Of a stretch of DNA of 45,036 nucleotides, positions 12,501 to 18,500 are shown piece after piece. The stretch spans positions 1 through 45,036 of the forward strand of contig JBGSVK010000088.1 in assembly GCA_041752975.1 (NCBI GenBank). Direction: 5' to 3'. Below the pieces are notes generated by a model. It had not been told where the DNA came from. It made no database searches and saw only the letters and a list, made by a program, of their open reading frames with translations. The position numbers and the translations under genes were made by a program. The DNA comes from Minisyncoccia bacterium. Lineage in GTDB: Bacteria; Patescibacteriota; Minisyncoccia; Phycocordibacterales; UBA918. How positions within the stretch are numbered: the first letter of the stretch is position 1; every line of letters begins with the position of its first letter.

Positions 12501-15500
12501 CTGTTACTTATGGGGGAGGTCAGTTTGTGGCGGTGGCTGATAGTGGTACTAACCGCGTCATGACTTCTCCAGATGGTATTAATTGGTCACCACAATTGGC
12601 TGCCGAAGCAAATTCTTGGAATTCAATTAGTTATGGTAATGGAAGATTTGTCTCTGTTGCTTATTCTGGTACCAACCGTGTTATGTATTCTTTGGATGGT
12701 ATTACTTGGGCAACTAGTAGCGCTACTCAAAATATTGCCTGGTACGGGATAACGTACGGAAATGGTATGTTTTTAGCAGTCGGTACCAGTACCGAAAATA
12801 ATGTCATGACCTCACCGGACGGTATTACTTGGACAGCTTATAATGGTTCAGAAAACAGTGTTTGGTGGGGTGCTGTGTATGGAAATGAACGATTTGTGGT
12901 GGTAGGTGGTAGTGGTTCACGTGCCATGGCTTCCCAAGAAGGTCGTATATATTTAAATGGTTCTTCGGCTCAAACGGTCACTGGTACCCTTACTGGTACT
13001 TCACGTCTCGCTAACGTTACAATCAGTAATCGAGTCGGCACAACTACTTTTGGTTCCGCACTCGAAGTGGGAACTTTAAATATGCCAGTCATTGGTTCGA
13101 TTGCTTATCTAAAGAGTTCCGCTACATCTACAATTAATAATTTAAATATCACCGGAAGCTCCAGTCAATTAACAAAGCTTCGTAGTACTACATACGGTAC
13201 TCAGTCATCTATTGATGTGGTTGATAGTTACGATATTTCATATCTTGATGTCAAAGATAGTAATGCCTGCGGTAGTGTAAATGGTTGGATAAATGCTGGC
13301 GATACGTCTACTGATTCAGGTAATAATAATTGTTGGTTCTTTTTTGCAGGAGATGGGGACACTGTGACTGTTACAGGTGTACTGTATGAAAGTGATCGTA
13401 TTACTCCGTACGCTACCTCAACACTGGTTAAGCTTAATGTGGCAACTAGTACCATTAATACTTTTAGTGCAACTACTACTGCCGGTACGGGTGCCTTTAG
13501 TTTTTCAGCTTTGATAAGTGGAAATTTTGCTACTGGTACTCCAGTCACTATCTTTACTGATGGTAGTGCAGTAATTAAAGCAGTTACTGTCACTAAATCA
13601 AATGGTACCACTACTCTCTCAAGTCTTCCTTTATACAAAGACCATATTACTATTACCAACCAGGGTATTGGTTCAACCACCAAAGCTTCAGATCTCGTTC
13701 ATTATGATAGCGTCACTGACTCTGATATTCAGTTTACTGCTTCATCTACTCTCGGTACTCTTGCTGTTGCTACAGGCCAAACTCTCTATGTGGCATCTGG
13801 TACCACTTTCCATCTAGATTATCCAACCACAGCTCATACTTTAGAGATAGCCACCACCTCAACTTTCTTGGCTTCCTCAACGCTGTCGCTTTCTGGTAAC
13901 TATCAGAACAACGGAACATTTTATGCCGGTAATAGTACAACCACTTTTGCTAATAATGTCGAAGCGCAATTAATTGCCGGTAATCTAAGTGGTGCATCCA
14001 CTTTCAATCATCTAGCCTTTACAAGTACTAGTACTCAAGGAAGTACTGATGGCTTAGTTGGTTACTGGAATTTTGAAAATAATAGTACTCGTTGGTATAC
14101 AACGACAGATGGTACCTTCTATGATGTGTCTCCATATGGTAATCATGGTACGGATGTAGCCATGTTTGCCACTACAAGTGTGGCTGGAAAAATTGGTCAA
14201 GGTATCACTTTTGATGGAGTTGATGACTTTATTGAAGTTGCTGACGATGATTCTTTTACGATGGGTGATAATCCAGTAACTATCGCGAGTTGGGTAAAAT
14301 TTACGAGTGCCGCTTCAACTTCATATCAATTTATTGTTACGCAAAACAACGACTCTTTTGAACTTAATAAATCAAGTACAAACGCTCTTAGAATGGAAAT
14401 GATTTGTAGTAACGCGACGGCACGTCGTGCCAATGAATCGGTTGCGTCTTTGACACAACCGGACCGCTGGTATCATGTAGTTGGTATCTTTACACCAACT
14501 ACCGGTGCTTTCCAATTTTATGTTGATGGTAGCTCACGAGCTGTGACTTATATTGATGCACAGTCACCTTGTACAATAAAAGATTCTTCTAATTTGGTTT
14601 GGATTGGTTTGCGAGGAGGAATGTTCTTGAAAGGTTCTGTCGACGAACTGCGTATCTACAACCGTGCTCTAGATGCCACCGAAGTAGCTGCTCTGTATAA
14701 TGAAAAACCAAAGATATTTAATAATGACGCTACTGCAAATAACTTCATTGTTAACTCAGGAATTATAGTTTCACCAACTAACCTAAATATTTCAGGTAAC
14801 TATACCAACTTAGGTACTTACCGAGGAGGAATTTCTAATACCAATTTTAATGGTAGTGGCGCACAGTTACTATCAGGTAATATGACTGAGTCTTCAACTT
14901 TTGCTAGCACCACTTTCTCCAATACTGGTACTAAGACTTTTGCTGATAATGCTTCGACTACTAACTTTATGATTGCTTCTTCAACTACTACGGTAGTTGC
15001 TCCAAGTGTGTTGCATGTTGGTGGTTACTATACTAACAATGGTACCTTTACCAATAATAGTGGGACAGTCTTGTTTGGTAGCGAAGTAACGTCAATAGCT
15101 ACTTACACTGGAGAATCATTTAGTACTAGTGGTAGCGGTAATGCAAATCCTACAGGTAGCGTTATAGCAGAAGGGTATCTTTGGATAGCTGATGAAGTTG
15201 ATGACAGAATATATAAATATAATACAGATGGTACATATACAGGAGTTAACTTTAGTACTGCGGGTAGTGGCGCAACAAATCCGCATGGACTTACTTATGG
15301 TGATGGTTATTTATGGATTTCTGATTATGTAACAAGCATTGTGTATCAATATACCACCGCAGGTACATATACTGGATTTAGTTTTTCTATCACGGGCGCT
15401 GGTGCCGGCGGTACACCTTACGGTATTACTTTTGCTGATGGATATCTATGGATAGCCAGTGATAACCAAGATGACGTATATAAATTTAACACTGATGGTA

Positions 15501-18500
15501 CCTATACCGGTATTAGTTTTGATACTGCAGGAGCTGGTAATAATATTCCAAATGGAATTACCTATGCAGGTGGCTATTTCTGGGTCACAGATTGGGGAGA
15601 TGATAGGGTCTACCAATATACAGCTAGTGGAACTTATACAGGAAACTTCTTTGGGGACTCAAACACAATTAATGGTCCTACGGGTATTGTATACATTGAT
15701 GGTTATTTATGGGTGAATGGTTTTATAAATGTCAGGGCATATAAATTTAGTCTCGGACAACTTATTTCTGGTAATTTAACCGGTACAAGTGCTTTTAATA
15801 CCGTTGAGTTTGGTGATTCAAATCAAAAATTCATTATTACTCCATTAGGCACTACTGACTTTACAATCAAGGCAAATTCAGGCCCTGTAACTGCACCTAC
15901 AAGCACATTAACAATTAGTGGTAATTACACTAATAATAATTCAGATGGATTTATTCATAATTCCGGCACAACTACTTTTAATGGTTCTGTCAGTCAAATT
16001 CTCTCGGGAACAATGACTAACGTTTCTGCTTTTAATAATATCCTGTTCAGTGGTTCTGGTACTAAGACTTTCGCTAGTACTTCAGCTTCAACTACAAACT
16101 TTGTTGTGCAAAGTGGAAGTGGGGAAGTAATTGCTCCTTCGGCTTTAACTGTGTCCGGTAACTATTCTAATAACAGCACAACATCAATGTCAGGATCACG
16201 GTGGACAGCATACAGTGCAACTCAGGCTAATAGTTGGGGCTCATTAGCTTATGGTAACGGCAAATTTGTTGCTGTTTCATACAATGGAACAAATAGAGTT
16301 ATGTATTCAACTGACGGTATTACATGGGCGACCAGTACTGCCGCGCAAGCTAACTTATGGTTTGCTATAACTTACGGTAATGGCAAATTTGTCGCTGTTT
16401 CTGGTGACGGTACTAACCGTGTAATGTATTCAACTGACGGTATTACATGGGCGACCAGTACTGCCGCGCAAGCAAATCCATGGTATAGCGTCGCCTATGG
16501 TAACGGCAAATTTGTCGCTGTATCTTATAACGGTACTAACCGTGTAATGTATTCAACTGACGGTATTACATGGGCGACCAGTAGCGCTCCAGAAGCAAAC
16601 GCTTGGTACTCAGTCACTTACGGCAACGGTAAGTTTGTGGCCGTAGCTTGCGGAATTAATTCTACAACTTGTAATTTTACTGGTGGCGGTAGTCGTGTAA
16701 TGTCTTCAACTGATGGAATTAATTGGGTTGGTCACTCTGCTACTTCTGCGAGTGAATGGTACGCTGTGACCTACGGAAATGGGCTCTTTGTGGCAGTTGC
16801 AAGGTCCGGTTCTGATCTTATTATGACATCACCAGATGGTGCAAACTGGACTGCTCGAAGTGCTCCTGAGAGTAACTTCTGGTTGTCAGTCACCTATGGT
16901 AATGGCCTCTTTGTGGCTTTAGCTACTAATGGTACCAATCGTGTTATGACTTCACCAAACGGTATCACTTGGACCCCTTACATTGCAGCTGAAGATAATG
17001 CTTGGTATGACGTTGTCTATGGCAATGGTAAGTTTGTGGCGGTAGCAGGTAATGGCACCAACCGCGTCATGACCTCCGACGACACCACGGCCTTCTTCAA
17101 CAGTAGTGCCGACCAAACTATCTCTGGTAACCTAACTGGTGCCTCACAACTCCGTTCAGTTAACTTTGGTGGTTTAGGTACCAAGACTTTCTCTAGTAAC
17201 GCCTCTACTACCAACTTCTTTATCGCCACTTCGACCGCTACCGTCACGGCACCAACTATCCTCTCAGTCTCAGGTGATTTCACCAATCGCAGTAATTTCA
17301 ACGATAATAGTGGTACTGTCATTCTTTCTGGAGAAAACCAAACTGTCTTGGGTACTACCACCTTCCATAACCTCACTAAGTTTGCAACCGATAGAGCCAC
17401 TACCACCTTTGAAGCTGGTGCCTTATTCACTATCGAAAACAACTTCACTTTCTCTGGATATAATGCTACCAATACTCACGCTCTTCGCTCTAGTGTTGAC
17501 GGTACACAGTGGAAGATCGACCCACAAGGTACCCGCACCCTTTCATACCTAGACGTCAAAGATTCAAACAATATTAATGTCACAACCGTCAGTTGTGGTA
17601 CTGGCTGTATTGATGGTACCGGCAACACCAATTGGTCATTTGCTGGAGTAGGTTTTGACAACCTATCTTCAGGTGATAATTATCATTTCTATGTTGGACA
17701 AGGTACTACTACCCTAGATACTATTTTTATCACCTCAGAAGCCGCTGCCGCTACTGATCTCCGGCTCACCATCGCTACTACCACCACCAACTTCCGCTTT
17801 GATACCGGTACTACTAATCTGACTTTGACAGGAACTGGGGCTTCTAAAGTCAGTACTTCAGTGACTTATGAAAACGGTGGAGCAACTTTGGTTCTAAATG
17901 TTACCAATAATCTCAGTCTTGGCGATACCTTAGGGGTTAGTGGTATCAAGGTTGGAAGCTTTGCTAGTGTTAGTACAACTACTAGTGCGTTTACTCTTCA
18001 TACTGATGGAAACATAATCGGTGCTCCAGCAGCTACCGATAGTAAAACTATTCGTATTACTGGTCGACTAGCAGTTACTAACCACGCTTCAGGCCAAGTG
18101 GGTAATGAATTTAACTTCCAGAATAAAGTTGATAAACCAATCTTTGCTTTCAATCTGCAAGCTATAGGTGAGAACGCAACTATCACTGATATGGTCGTTA
18201 CTCTCAGTGGTGTCCAGGGCATTGATAGTTCAAATATCAGTGATTTCAAACTCTACCGAGACAACAACAATAATCAAACCTTAGACGGCCCTGACTTACT
18301 AATAGATGGCTCAGGTATCCTGACTGTTAATGGCCAACATGGTGCCATTACCTTCAGTACTGACTTCGTAGCTTCTTCTAGTGTTAACTACTTTGTGACC
18401 GCTGATATCAATTCAATCTCAGTTGGTGATGCTGTGGTCGTTAAGTTCCTTGCAAATGGTATTACCGCTCTTGGTGCTACATCACAGTATTCTCCAGTAG

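Noticed and set aside
12276-12614. Regular 123-nt periodic repeats (also 16247-16620) as a possible CRISPR-like array.
   Set aside because: The period is an in-frame 41-codon protein repeat with no alternation of conserved repeat and unique spacer. The whole unit is conserved and lies inside a continuous ORF.
13228-13683. Long antisense and off-frame ORFs inside the giant gene. Examples are 13228-13683 (-), 17017-17472 (-), 11213-11521 (-), 1186-1485 (-), 9283-9540 (-) and 6095-6382 (-).
   Set aside because: All lie entirely within the 18.6-kb ORF. They have low-complexity V/L/T/P-rich translations typical of shadow frames of Thr/Gly/Val-rich repeats. They lack RBS context and are reproduced wherever the sense repeat recurs.
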